From Lama guanicoe (lineage: Eukaryota): a stretch of DNA of 64,000 nt. A program made the position numbers and the translations under genes. A model generated the notes under the pieces. It saw only the letters and a program-made list of their open reading frames with translations. It was not told the DNA's origin and searched no databases. The stretch is from assembly GCA_013239625.1 (NCBI GenBank), contig MU054925.1, positions 34,265,538-34,329,537 of the forward strand, in the 5' to 3' direction. Of this stretch, positions 1 through 18,400 are shown piece by piece. Within the stretch, counting starts at the first letter, position 1. Each line of letters begins with the position of its first letter.

Positions 1-449
1 GCGGGTACCAAGCTTGGGGGGAAGGTGCACATGACCAGGTGTGGGGACGCTAAGCCTGCCTACCGGGGCCATCCTGTCACCACCAGCAGGGACGCCTGAG
101 GATGGACTGTGCCCTGGACTCCCCTGCACGGAAGCCCACAGAGGGTGTCCCTGCCGAAGTCGCCTGAGCTAATGTCTGCCACTCATCCCCCAGGCTCGGG
201 CAGACACGCCCCATCTCAGGAGGACAAGCACTCTGAGAACAGGGGCAGCCCAGACCCAGGTCTGCGCGCCAAGAAGCTGAAAACAGGGCTCCCGCCTCGG
301 TGCCTCGCAGACCGCCAGGGGAACACCTAGGCCAGCACGCTCCGCACGGACTGTCTGGGTCACCACCCAAGCACCTGGGCGACAGGCACCACCCCGTGTT
401 CATTCTACAGAAAAAAAGCCTGAGGCGTGGAAGGGCGGTGCACCCGTCA

Positions 450-1727
<1,278 letters not shown>

Positions 1728-1731
1728 TCAC

Positions 1732-1825
1732 GTTCTCTCTCTCGACGCCTCCGTACTTGGCCCGGATGCGAGGTTCGCGGACAGTGGCCAGGTTGGTGCC
1801 TGTGACTGTTAGGAGCGTCCCTCCA
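1732..1825 (-). CDS. PLXNA1: Plexin-A1 exon 17
   Basis: tag|[31 protein letters not shown]|gtgagt; 94 nt. Confidence 0.96.
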
Positions 1826-2170
1826 CTAAAGACGGGGGAGCTGGGAGTCACGGGTTGAAGTTCTGGGCCCTTGTGCCCTGGCCCAGCACAGACGGAGGGG
1901 CCAGACACACCACCCTGCTCCTCCGAGAGATGGCAGGCAGGCTAAGATCTCTCGGCACCACGACTGGTGGCAGAACCACATAAAGGGGAGGAGAGCCTGT
2001 GCAGCAGCCCTGTGCTTGCTGCAGGTCCTCGGCCACCTGGGATGGGGTCATGGGGCTCAGGGCAGAGGGGATGGGGGTTGTGGTGCTTGGACACCTGGGC
2101 CGAGGGTCGCGGGGCTCAGGCCAGGTGGATGGGGGGTCGTGGGGGTTGGGGGCCCAGCCAGGTGCCCCAC

Positions 2171-2338
2171 CTGTTGATGCTCCACTCGGGGTCAATCCTC
2201 AGGATGGTGGGGTCCTCGGTGTAGTTGTACTTGACCTCGGGGTTGGTGAGCTGAGCACGGTTGATGTTGATGACGATAGAGGCACTGCCGGGGCTCTGCC
2301 CGGGCGGCGTCAGGCACCGGATCTCCCGGGAGTTCCTC
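2171..2338 (-). CDS. PLXNA1: Plexin-A1 exon 16
   Basis: cag|[55 protein letters not shown]|gtgggg; 168 nt. Confidence 0.96.
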
Positions 2339-3137
2339 CTGGAGAGGCCGGGGGGACAGTGAGGACGTGGTGCTAGAGCTCACCTGCCTGGACCTGCCTC
2401 CAGGTGGCTGACGACTGTTAGGGCCCCCTTTCCCATCATCTCCTCCGAGGGGCTGAGTGTGTGTCGGTACCCACCTGGACCCCAGCCTGGCCCCTCCCTG
2501 CACACTGCCCTGCTGGGCACCCAGGGGTCACCCACTGAGGGGCAGGTCCTACCTCCAGAGCTCACTCTCCTGGTGACCCCACCCCGACTCTGCCTGCTCA
2601 CAGCGTCAGTGGGCAAACCTGTCCGTGCCCTGACATGCAAAAGACCAGACGGGCCAGGTCTCCGTGCAGCCCTGCAGCAGCCCTGTTAGTCCCAGGGGAC
2701 AGCTGGCAGGACAGAGCTTCAGCGTCCTCGGGTGCCACAGCACCACAGTGAGCACCAGCTCCTGCGACACTGAGTCACCCACACGTGGCCCTAACCTTAA
2801 CCCTGACCTCAAAATGGGCTAATCCCGGACCTGGGCTGTGAGCTGGCTGGGGCTGGGGATGCTGGCTCACCCCACAGGGCAGCCAGCCGGTCACCACCTG
2901 CACCTGGGTCTCCGTCCCTCCAGTTTCTACATCACAGTTGGGAGGCCCCGCAGCCGCCAGGCCCACTCGCGGCAGGCTGCAAACACCAATAATTAGTCTG
3001 ATAACGGGTAATTACCGCAGGAAAATATTTAAAGGCCTGCTCCATTATCATCCCTAATCTAAAATTATCCACTTCAGGGCTCCCGGCTTTTGTTAAAATT
3101 TCCTTTTTCTCTCTTAAAATTTTTTAAATGCTTCTTA

Positions 3138-3545
<408 letters not shown>

Positions 3546-3648
3546 CTAGGGGAAGGAAGGACTGGGTGGCTGGAGCTCCAGGGAAACACCGGTGTCCCTG
3601 CCCCCGCAAGCTCCCCAGCTGGCCCAGGCCTGTGCTCACAGGGTCTCA

Positions 3649-3975
<327 letters not shown>

Positions 3976-4056
3976 TCAGCGCGGGCATCCGGGCCGGCCC
4001 CGCCCCCTGCAGCCCCGCCCCTCCAGTGGTCCCGCCCCGCCCCGCCCGCGCACTCA

Positions 4057-4675
<619 letters not shown>

Positions 4676-5852
4676 TCAGGCCACAAGGCGGCCCAGCCCG
4701 GGGCAGCACCTCAGGGCCTGGTGTCCTCCTTGGCCACTTCCGGGCCTGGCCGCTGGGGGGGTCTGGGGGCTCTGCCTCGCGAGACTGGCATTTACAATCT
4801 GGAGCGAATGCCCAGAGCCACCCGCCTGCAGGCCAGCTTAAGGGACCAAGCATCTGCTGCCACGACCAGAGCCTGCTATCCACGCTCGCGCGCACACGCT
4901 TCCTTCCTGGTGGCCAGGGCCCTGCCCTCCAGGGTGAAGCCCACCCACCCACCCGCCCACTGCAGGCGGCCCCACCAGGAGACCAGGACTCCCACTGCAC
5001 CCCTTGGACACACGTCAGGGACGCTCTGTGAACCTCCCTTTCCTCAAATCCAAACAGGCTCAATAATCCCACCTCCAGGTCTGCCCTGAGGTGGGAGACA
5101 TGCGCCCCCCATGCCCTGACTGCCCCTCACCCCCAGGCTGGGCTGGGTTCAGGGACACGGCCCTCCCCCGGGGGCCCAGGCCTGGGTGCCCAGCTGTGTC
5201 CCACTTTCTGCAGCTGAAGACCTGCGGTCCATTCCAGAGTAATTCATCACCGTCTTATCTACAGGAATTTAATTGGATCCTATCAAATTCCCTGATACTC
5301 CCTTTTCCCTTTACAAGGATCTGCAGGAAAGATAAATGTGGGTCTGGGGGGGTGTGTGGGGGGACTGCGGGGACAGAGGTGACAGGCTCAGGGAGGGGGA
5401 GAAATGTAGAGAGACGGATAGACGGCCTTAGGGATGCAAAAAAGGAAGAAGAGGTGGAGACAGCCAGGCTAGGGGAGCCAGAGGGAGATGTGGGTGGAGG
5501 GTGTGGCCAGCAGGAGGCAGTGAGTGAAGAGGAGGGAAAACAGGGCTGGACAGGCAGGAAGGCTTGGGGAACTCTAGGGCCCCGCCAAGCGGCAGACCTG
5601 CCCTGAGAGCCTGTGGTGACCCTTGGTCTCCAGCCCACCCTGCCAGAGCAGGTCAGCCAAGGGGCCACCACCAACAGAATCTAGCCAGACCTCTGACCTC
5701 AAACCCCTCCCCAGGGCTCCAAGGGACCATACGGACGGCCCAGAGTCACCCACCCACCATGCGGGGCCTTGGCCAGCTCCAGGAAATCCACTGCTCTCCT
5801 GAACAGATGGGGAGACCAAGGCCTGCGGGTGAGCAGGACTCAGCTGGCCTCA

Positions 5853-6962
<1,110 letters not shown>

Positions 6963-9130
6963 TCAGCTCCTCCGCAACAGCAGCTGATGCAACGGCCTGG
7001 CTTCCTTGCAGCAGGGCTGCAGCAGCCCAGAGAAGACGGCCTGCCGAGATCGATGGCCCGCGGAGGACGGCCCCTGGGAACGCTCCGAGCGCTTTAAATA
7101 GAGATGCTGAAAACAGGCTATAATCCTGGATCCTCAGAGCTGCTCCCGAGGCAGTGGGCCTGCTCTGCAGGGGTTTTCAGGGCCCCTGAGGGCACTGGGG
7201 CAGCAGAGCTGGCAGGGCAGGCCAGGGAGGCTGATCACTGACCGCTGGGTCTGCAGGTGCCCCGTCTCCACCAGCGAGAGGCAGGCGATGGCCACGTGGA
7301 CACGGGCATCGGCCGGCACTCGGGCTGCGTTCGGAGCTGTGCTCAGGCTGCAGCCCCGGCGGGAGTCATCAGTGTGCATGGTGGCCACACTGACACCAGC
7401 ACGGCCCCAACCTCTGGAAAGGCGCCCAGGCCAGCCCCAAGTCCAGGGACCCTCCTGCTGCCCCCAGCCCTTGGCTGACCCCCGGTTCCTCGGCAGCCCC
7501 GGCTCATCCTGGCCACCAGGGCCCTGCTGCCACTGCCCCCTGACCTCACACCTTCCCTCCACACTGACACCACCTCTCTGCCCAGAGGTGAGCGCCATCA
7601 CCTGTCCCCTGTGGGTCTCGGGGCACAGGTTCCGTGCCCCCATCATGCCACAGCACCTTGTGACCCCGGCTGGAGAGAGGGCTCAGCTCAGGCCTGGCTT
7701 TGACCCCCCCCCCTCGAGTGGCCTGAGACCCAGCTGAGCTGCAGCCGGGAAAAGATGAGCAGTATGGACACAGAGGCCCCTCCCTGGGGGCCCGGCCCCC
7801 TGCACTCACCCATGCAGGTCCACAACTCTGTTTTGATAATTTCACTTACACTTTTGTTCTCTCAACCTGACTCTGTTCTCACACAGACCAAAGAAGAGTC
7901 TGGACGAAAACCCTCCACTCCCAGGGGCCCCTCCCCCTGTTCTTGGGGAGGCCGGACTGAGGCAGAAAGTTCCAGCTCCCAGGGCGGGCTGTGCTCAGGG
8001 GCACTCCAGGCCGGACCGCTGCCAGGCCGCCCACCTGGCACCAGCTGCCTCCCAATACCGCACGCCCAACATACTCTGGTCTCCCCAGCCCGAGACAACC
8101 GAGCAGACACGGGAGCACCAGAACTTCATCCCTTCTTGGGTGGGACGCAAGGTGACACTGGGACTGGGACTGAGACCCTGCGGTGTGAGCATGGCCCCAG
8201 GGGAACCAAACCAGAACCAGAGACAGGCAGGGGCAGGGAGGGCTCCCTGGAGACATCACACTCCTTAGGGACGTCCCCATGCAAACGGGGGCTGCAGCAG
8301 AGGAGGGCGCATCTGTGAAGTCAGTCTGATCCCTCGACCCCGGCCGCCCCTAGCCCAGCCCTGCCCTGGCAAACTTCTGCAGGGGCACTCCACCTGCTCC
8401 TCCACGTCCCGGGCTGTGACGGCCCCAGACGGCCTCCCTGAGGTCCCCACCGGGCTGCTAACCCCAGGGTGCTTTCCTCTGTTGGAGCAGCTCAGGTGGG
8501 GAAGGGGCAGAGATGGCTGGTGACAGGCCCCCACCCGTCAGGAACGCTCTGCTGGCACCTGGGCTCTTGGCATCCACCAGAGCCACTGCCTCACCTGGGG
8601 CAGTCCTGCAGTGACGGCACACCCACCTCCTCACTAGCCCACCAGCTGTCGGGTCAGCTGCCCACGCCGGTATTCCCGGCTCCCACACCACCCATGGTCA
8701 CAGACACTGCGACCCCCAATGCCTGCGGTCCCATCTGTTCTCGGCCCACGCCCCACTGCCATCACGTCACCAGGGAGGGAGAAAACCAAGGCCCAGGGGG
8801 AGACGGTGGGGGTGGCCACAGCACAGGGGGCCCATGCTGGCTGTGCCCCTTGGCCCTGGGGGAGTCCAGCCTAGCTGCTGCCTTCAAGGCTATGTGGCCA
8901 GTGGGACTCACACCTGCCCACCCCAAGCAGCCAATGGGCGTGGTGTCCACTGCAAAGTCGAGGTCCAAGGCCCCACACTGAGAGTGGGACATGGGGACAG
9001 GGCCCCCCTCGGCCTGGTTCTCACCACCACTGCTCATGACAGTCACTGCCTTCCCGGCTCCAGTTACCACCTAATTACCACCAATTACCACACAGCCCTG
9101 TAAGCGATTCCAGGAATGGCCTGCACATCA

Positions 9131-9529
<399 letters not shown>

Positions 9530-9726
9530 TCAGCCTGTGCCTCCCCAGGGCCACATGCCTGCTGCTGTTCACGGAGCTGCCCCAGGGCCTTTGCACAGAT
9601 CGCTCCTCGCTGCTCAGGCCTCCTGACAGCCAATCTACCTGCCACCCACTGTTGCTCCCCACCTGACAGTCCACCCCAGCACCGACCGACAGAACCTTCC
9701 AAGGATGCACGTGTCTAAAGACAAGA

Positions 9727-9888
9727 CTGTCCAGTGCAGTGACCACCAGCCACACCAGGTCATGTGTGACCATCAGCATTGGAACTTTGTTAGCGCAGCT
9801 GAGAAGTGTGTTTTAAATCCCACCTGGTCCTGATAAACTAAGATGTAAAGGTAGGTGGCCAGCAGTGGCTGGGGCTGGACAGCTGTGG
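9727..9888. mobile_element. MER3/MER33-like hAT-Charlie MITE remnant
   Basis: ctgtccagtgcagtgaccaccagccaca ... gtggccagcagtggctggggctggacag form degenerate inverted ends around an AT-richer core. Confidence 0.6.
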
Positions 9889-10706
9889 TAGACAGCACCT
9901 CCCCAACCAGAACACAGGCTCGCCCGGCAGGAGCCTGTCTGATTCGTTCCTGCACACCCCCGTCTCATCATCCCTGTGGCTCCGTGTCACCTGCCGCTAC
10001 CCCGCCTCTACAGAGACCAGCAGTCCCCCAAGCCTCAGAGCACGCTCCCTGCCCCGGGGTCCCAGCCCCTACCCGGGGAGGCCGGGCCCTGGGGTCATGA
10101 CACCCAGGCCCACACTGGGCACCCCACAGAGAGCCAGGCGGGCATCGGTCTGCAAATCGGTCACCAAATGAAGACATGACTTCCTGTCTTCAAGAAACCA
10201 GACTCCTTGGTTCTGAGGTTGACCCTCCAGGCTGGGCACCTCCAGGTCAGGGGACTCCCTCTGCACCCAGTGCCCCGGGCCCTATGGGATGCACAGTGGG
10301 TCCTCTGCTTCTGCTCTTCCTCTGAGGCTGGCGTGCTTGCAGGAGACGGGAGACCCAGGGAGCGCTCCCCCGCCCAGCTCTCTGTGCTCCAGGGGCCACC
10401 CAACCAGAGGACCTGGCCCTCCTGCCCCAGAGCGGCAGGGGCCGAGTGCCCGACCCCTGGCTGGCCATCTCCGGCCTGGACAGCGCAGCAGCCTGCCCAC
10501 AAGCTGCCTGCCCCTGCTCACAAGGTGGCTGGAGAGACTCTTCTCATGTGAATCAGCACACATCACACCCCTGCTGCCCCACTGACCACTGGGCCCCAGG
10601 CCCCTCCCGTCTCCCTGGGGAGGCCCTGCCCTTGCTGGCTCCTCCCACTCTGAACGCCAGGCTGTGCTGCCCCAGGGGACGTGTGCAGGTGGCCAGGGAC
10701 ACTCAC

Positions 10707-10806
10707 GACTGGTGGACACTGCAGTTGTAGAAGACGAAGTCCACGGATGCAAACTTCTTGCCGGTCTCCTTGGACTTCAGGTAGAGCTTGACTACCCGCT
10801 GGTCTC
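10707..10806 (-). CDS. PLXNA1: Plexin-A1 exon 8
   Basis: cag|[32 protein letters not shown]|gtgagt; 100 nt. Confidence 0.96.
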
Positions 10807-10920
10807 CTGCACCAGCAGCACAGAGCCCATCACCATGTGATGCCCGTTCACTGTCCCAATGACCGTCTACCACCCCCTGCCCGACAGGAGGGCCCCCAGG
10901 CACTCCGCCCACAGCCTCAC

Positions 10921-11408
<488 letters not shown>

Positions 11409-11480
11409 TCAGGTCCCAGGAAACCCAGCAGGGCTGCCTGGCCTGGGGCCCTCCCACCCTCGCCGCCCCTAGCAGACTCA

Positions 11481-11735
<255 letters not shown>

Positions 11736-12107
11736 TCAGCAGCACATCAGCACAGAGCACTGCACAGAGAGAACCCACAGCTCCGTCCAGAGTCCCTCTC
11801 GCTGTCTGCACCTGAGCTTCCCAAGAAGGCCACATGCTCTCTGACCCCAACCCTAAGTCCAGAGGCAGACAGAGCCCTGCTTACCCCAATCTCACCGGCT
11901 TGGCTCTGACGCACTAAGAGGTGGAAAAACCCGACAGCAGGAAAGGGACAAAGAAGAAGGTCCTGGCCCCCTGCTCTGCCCATCTCCAGCCAGCCAGGGG
12001 GACACCAGGGTGGCTACGGCTGGCTCCACAGCCTGGACTAGGATGTGGTGCACGGCCTTGACCAGCTTGACCACAGCCTGAGGCCTCAGGGCCCCAGATG
12101 CACCCTA

Positions 12108-12479
<372 letters not shown>

Positions 12480-15400
12480 TCAGTGCCTCCTGCCCCAGCC
12501 CGTTCCAAGCTAAGGGCTGGGGCCTGGTGCCCACCCCCAGCCACCCCTCAGCCCTTGAAGAACAATGCCGAGGCACCCACTGCCCCCAGGGAGCCGGTGC
12601 AGGATCAGTTGCAGCCCAGTAGCCTGGTCCTGGCCCAACCCATCCACCAGGCGACCAAGGCCACAGCCCAGGGGTGGGGGTCTCCCGGGGCTGGGGCAAA
12701 CCGCGGCCCAGCAACATGGCAAGCTGCACAGCCACACCCAGGGCAAAGGCGGCGGGAGCCCTGGGCAGGGGCCCCAGCTTCCCTGGGGCCAGGCTAGGCA
12801 TCCCAGAGGAAGGGCTATTTGTGCAGAGAGAATAGGGGGCATGAAGAGGCTGCAGGGACGCAGCAGGCATGAGAGGCCCAGTGCGGCTAAGAAGGGAGGC
12901 CGGGAGCCTCCAGGCAGCAGCTGCAGTGAGGGGCTGGTCCTGCAGGTGGGGCCCGACAGGCTGGAAGTCAGGGGCGGGGTCTCATCTACATGGCAATGTA
13001 CTCTAAACCCCAAACAAGCCGGGCGCTAATTAGCCAGCTCTCCTTCCCCACAGCTCACAACGCTGCAAGTATTTTTGGTTGCTTTTACCAAACAAATGTA
13101 TTTAATTAACAGAGACCCAGGGGGCTTTCCAGAGATGGGACTCGTGGGGCGGCATCCACCCAGCTTGGCGGCCGGGCAGGCTCCCCGGGCATGGGCGGGC
13201 CTTCCCTTCTCTGGCTGTAACGGAGCGCCCAGCCTACCTCCACCTCCACCGGGGTGGGGGGCTCAGCCCACACCCCTCCTCTGCACCCTACGCTGACAGG
13301 ACAGGGCAGGTCTGACTGGCCAGGGACTGCGGGGCCAGGCGAACACAGGCTGGGCCAGCTCCGAGAGGGGCTGGGAGAGGGCAGCCAGCCAGGGTGGGGC
13401 GCTGGCTGGGCCAGAGGCTGCGGGAGAGAGGGAAGGGGGAGGGCCGCATTCCTGAGGGCCTCGGGCCACCCCCAACATCCGCTCAGCTGCCTCCCCGCCA
13501 GGCAGGCAGGCTTAAGTCAAACCAGACCCGGAAGAGCTGAGTCCGGCACTGGGCAGCGGAGGCAGCCACGGGGCCGGGCCTACACGGCCTCAGGAAGGAG
13601 GCAGGGTGCAGGGTGAGGGGCCACGGCAGCCCAGCCTCCACACCTGTGGGTCGGGCCTGGACAGGACCCCAGCCTGCACCCCGCCAACCCCACAACCTCC
13701 CGCCTTGCTCTCACGGGGAGCCCACAGTCAGCTCCACGGACTGGCCAGGCCCAGGCTGGACGTCGGCCACAGGGCAGGGCCGGGGAGGCCAGGAGTCCGG
13801 CCTCTGCGCCCACACTGCCTGGGCCCCAGCCCCGGCCCTGGCCCAGATACAGCCCCGTAGAGCAGCCTTCACCTCGGCACAGCGCCACTCCCACACCAGA
13901 GCCGCTCTGGGGCGTGAAGGAGGGCTCCCGGGGACCGAGCCCCATGGCAGTCACCAACCCCCAAGAGCCAGCCACACAGGCCCAACGAGACCAGGCTGGA
14001 CTGCAGCCAGGGAGTAGGGGACAGGAAGGCCAGAGGGCAGGGGATGGCCTGGGCACAGGCAGGGGCACCAGTGGGGACCCCGAGCTCCAGATCCAGCCTC
14101 AGCTCAAATGACCCAAGTCAGGGCCCTTCACGTTCTTCCCCCTGCAGGCGCCTCCCTGATGGGAGGCCTGCCCCAGGGCCTTGTCACTGGGCTGACCATA
14201 CTCCTGGCCCCACGCGCAGGGGGCACTCGAGGGGCGTGTGCTGAGTTGGGATGCTCCAGGGCCCCAGCCTCCCCAACCCTGACCGCCAGAGCGACGTTGC
14301 GCTGCTCCTGACCCCCTCCCCAGTCTGGGCTAAGGGCACAGGCTGCAGCATGGACGTCACATCCCCTGCCCCACTCAGCAGGGGATGAGGGAAACATTGC
14401 AGGGACTGGGGCGGGGGTGCGGGTATTGAGAGGGTGGGGACAGGAGCTCAGAGAGCCAGCCCAGGGTCCTGGGGAAGGTGGGAGGGGCAGGCGGGCCAGC
14501 CAGGCTGCCGAACGCCCCAGCTCACAGGCCGGCTGGGGGACCACAGACACAACAGGTGGCTCCCAACAGCTGTGGCGGGGAGCACGCTTGTCCAGCTGTC
14601 CATCCGCCATGCACCCATCTGTCCACCCACCTGCCAGACACTGGGCAGCCCCTGCCCTTAAACACACAGAGCTTCCCCATTTCTGGAAAGCAGAGAGCAA
14701 GGGGGCATCAGGGAGGCACAGCCCACAGGCCAGCAAGTGGACACGCCCCTCACCATGCTCTGAGCAACTGCGTCAAGGCTTAGCCAGACCCCGAGCGGCT
14801 GGGAACAACCAGTCCTTGGGACACAGGACCTGTGTCGCACAGACAGGTAAACAGAGGCCCGCAAAGACCTGCCAGAGGGACCCAGGGCACTGAACAAACC
14901 AGCTGCACCCAGGGGTGCAGGGTCTGCTCCAAAAGTGGGGGGAAGGGTGCAGCAGGCCGCCAGGAGGTGGCACGGGCCAGGCAGCTGGCAGGACAGTGGG
15001 ACACATGCCCGCAGCTCGCGTGCCGACGCCACAGGCCTGCTCACAGCTGTCACTCAGGGCCACCAACCTGGGGCGGCCCACCCCAGGGCAACTGGGCCGC
15101 AGGACACACAGGAGATTCCCACAACCCCAGCATCCTCCCCCGACCTCCAGCTGTCAGGGCTGTGCTCTGCAGACCCTCCCCCAAGACCACCAGAACTTTC
15201 CACACCCATCTCCTCAAACCCAGCCGGGTCCATCCGCCATGAAGAGCCCATCGTGCCACCCAGACGGCTTGAGTGGAGCCATCCAGCCTCCTGGGCATGC
15301 CTGGCAGGCTGCATCACGCCCGCCCAGCTCTGACCTAGGCCCTCTGCCCCTGCCTGTGTCTCCGCCCAGGGTCATCCCTGCCCCTCCGTACCTAGAGGAG

Positions 15401-18400
15401 GCTCCAGGATTCTGAGCTGAGGCACAAGGGCTGTCAGTGCCCCAGGGAAGGGCTGGGCCCCAGGAGCCTCTCCCAGCCAGAACCAGGCAAAGCGCTGACC
15501 GTGGGCCATGCGCCTACCACCACCTCGGGCCTGCCCCTCCCCACAGAAGGCCAGGGAATAGGGTCACCCTTGCACCCTCAGGCCAGCAGGCCCCTGAGGT
15601 TGGGGATACAGCAGACAGGGGTCCTGCAGAGGGACCCCTGCCCAAGGCCAAGGGGAGGCAGCCCCTGGCCCTGGAGGCCCAAGCCCTAGGCTGGTCCAGC
15701 CGCTGCCCCCGCACCCCTCGCACCGTGAGGCCCTGGCCAACTGCTGTGGGCAGGCTGCTCTCGGCCCGGCCAGGTCAGCTGTCCGTCCAGCCCAGACCCA
15801 ACAAAGGGTTCATTCTCTGGGCCGAGGGCGGGTTGGGGCACCGGGGAGGATGTCTGGGCCGTCCAGGCTGCTGGCCAAGGCCGGCACGCGCCCGAGCCGC
15901 CCGGAGGCAGGGGGCTGCGCAGCTAGGCCTCCGCCTGGGAGTGAGAATTCCCTGCTCTGCCCACCCCGAGATGGCGGCCCCCGTGTGCCTGTCTGCAAAG
16001 CGGGGGTGCACAGGCTGAGCTGACTCCTGGCCTCCAGACGGGTGGGGGTGGGGAGCAGGACAGGCCCTGGGTGGGGGCAGGCACAGGAGGGGGCAGTGGC
16101 CAGCTCGCTGGGACTTCAGTGCTGGGACTTCAGGGGAGCCCCCTCCTCCTGGAGATGCAGCTGCCAAACCTGCTCCCAGCCCCCCAGGAGGCAGGGTGGT
16201 CCTGGGAGGGGCTGCACAGGACAGGAGCCTCTGGCACCCTCTTCTCGCAGGAACTCCTCCCTGGTCAGGGCTCCTGGCTGATGCCCTGAAGGACCAGCTC
16301 CCAGACCTCTCCTCTCCCCGTCCAGGGCCACCACAGGCTCCCCCCTTCTCTGGCAGGGGGCAGGTTCTAGGCCCCTTCCTGGGTCCGCTCTCAGAAAGGC
16401 CAGGAGAAATTTGATACTGGAAAAGCAATTAGCAATTTCCTCTTGGCAGTAATTAGGTAATTAAAACATGATTTGCAGGAGGCCTGATGGTTCTAATTGA
16501 GCCAGACACACCTGTCAGGTAGGGGGTCCCAGGAATCTCATCTTTCCTACCAGCAATCCTCAATACACAGACAGGAAAGCAGGGACCAGCCAACACAAGC
16601 AGTGGTCCTCCCTGACCCTCAGTTTCCTTGTCTGCTGACAGAAACCAACTCACAGGGCCGGGAGAATTAAGAGGCTCAGAGTTTCTGAAGGCGGGTGTGG
16701 AGGAGGTTACAGTGGTCCCAGAGAACCTGCCCCACTGCCACAGAGGCTGCACAAAGCTGGGCCGAGAGGCAGCCAAGTTCACACAGCCTCCATCACACGC
16801 CAGAGACGTGGCCGGGCTGCCACTATGGCCTGAGGTGTAAGCATGCAGAGCCCAGCAGGCCGCCCGCTGTGGCTGGCAGCAGTGACCACCTGGCCATGTG
16901 TCCCTACCTCAAACCCAAGGCCCATCACCCACTCTACCGAGTGGGGTCTCGGCATGAGGAGATGATGCAGCGCTCTGTGCTTCTCAAAGCCGCCACTGCC
17001 GTCCAGCTCTCTGCCCCCAGCCAGGCTCCGCAGCCCTTGCTGAGCACCGGGCAGGATAAGCCTCGACCCCTCTGGCACTGCTCCCTTCCCGGCAGCGCAC
17101 GAGCACCTCTGAGCTTGGACCCTACTGTTCCCTCCACCCAGAACGCCCTTCCCGGCAGACTCTCCAGACCCCTGGCCTCTTCTAGCCTCTGTGACCATCT
17201 CCTGCACTGTCCAGGGATGCGCACCCCAACCCCCATGGTGACGGGTCCTGGAGGGGGAGAGGCCCTGCCACTGCGGGTGGAAAACTTGGGTCCTGTGAGC
17301 CTGGGTGCACCGGGGGCTGGGCACAGGAAGGCCAAGACCCCCTGCACCCCAGAGTGTCATTCTTACCCAAGTGCCCGGGTGCCCACAGGGGCTGAGCCCG
17401 ACCGGCCATACCCCAGGCTCACCGTGGGCAACGCCACTGGCCACTGTCGCATGAGCTCTCCTGCAGCACTGGCTCTGGGACAAGGGACTGGTCGCCTCTA
17501 GACAGACCCCCATGGTGACTGAGAGGCCCCTATGCCCTTCTGGTTCAGCCCGCCACTGCCAGCCACACCCAACAGAACCAGAAGGACCACACCCTGACCC
17601 CCAGAACACAGACACATTGCAGGGCACCAGGCAACGCCGCTCTCAGGTTCTGGGGACCACCGCCTTTGGTGGGCAGGGCAGTGCAGCCAAGGGCCCCACA
17701 GCACAGCAGCCGAGACACCCCGGAAGCAGGCAGCTGGGACCCTCCACTCCCACCAACAGCTCCCAGGGAGGAGAGCACGGCGGGGACCCAGCCTTCAGCC
17801 ACGAGCAGGGCCGTGGGCGACCGCTGACGGACCACCCTGTCGGCTGCTGCCCACGCCCCCTGGTCCTGGAAATGGCAACATAGAAACATTACATCAGCCC
17901 AGAACGAGGGGACACCGTGCAGCCATGTGAGCAGAGGACGCCCCCACGCACAGGAGTGACCACCTGCAGTTGCCCGCAGGGCAGAGGTTTTAAGTCCCAC
18001 AGGGCGCTGGGCAGGAGAAGACGGAGGACGTGCCATGTGGCTCCTGCCACAAGCCAGCCCTCAGGGATGGACAGTCAGTCAGTGAAGTGACCCCTGGGAA
18101 GGGCAGTGACCAGGAGGGGGCTTCGAGGGGACGGGTGTCTGCTGCGCTCTCGTGGGACACTTTCCAGGCCACGCACCTTCCCACGGGTGCGTCACACTTT
18201 AGTGTGCCTGCTGGTCACAGACCAGCCACACACAGGATGCCGGGGACCACCCTGCCCCAACCCCGCCTGCCCCTGGAGACCGTGTGCATGTGCCGAGGGC
18301 TCACGACTTGGCGCCAGGTGCAGGCTGCCCCCAGGAAGCTCCGCAGGCGCCAGAGGGCAAGTCACTCGAAACCAGCACTTCGCCCAGACATGCAGGAGCC

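Noticed and set aside
10803-10809. CAGGAG tandem acceptors at exons 8 and 16
   Set aside because: GAG is rarely used as the distal NAGNAG acceptor; no evidence from sequence alone
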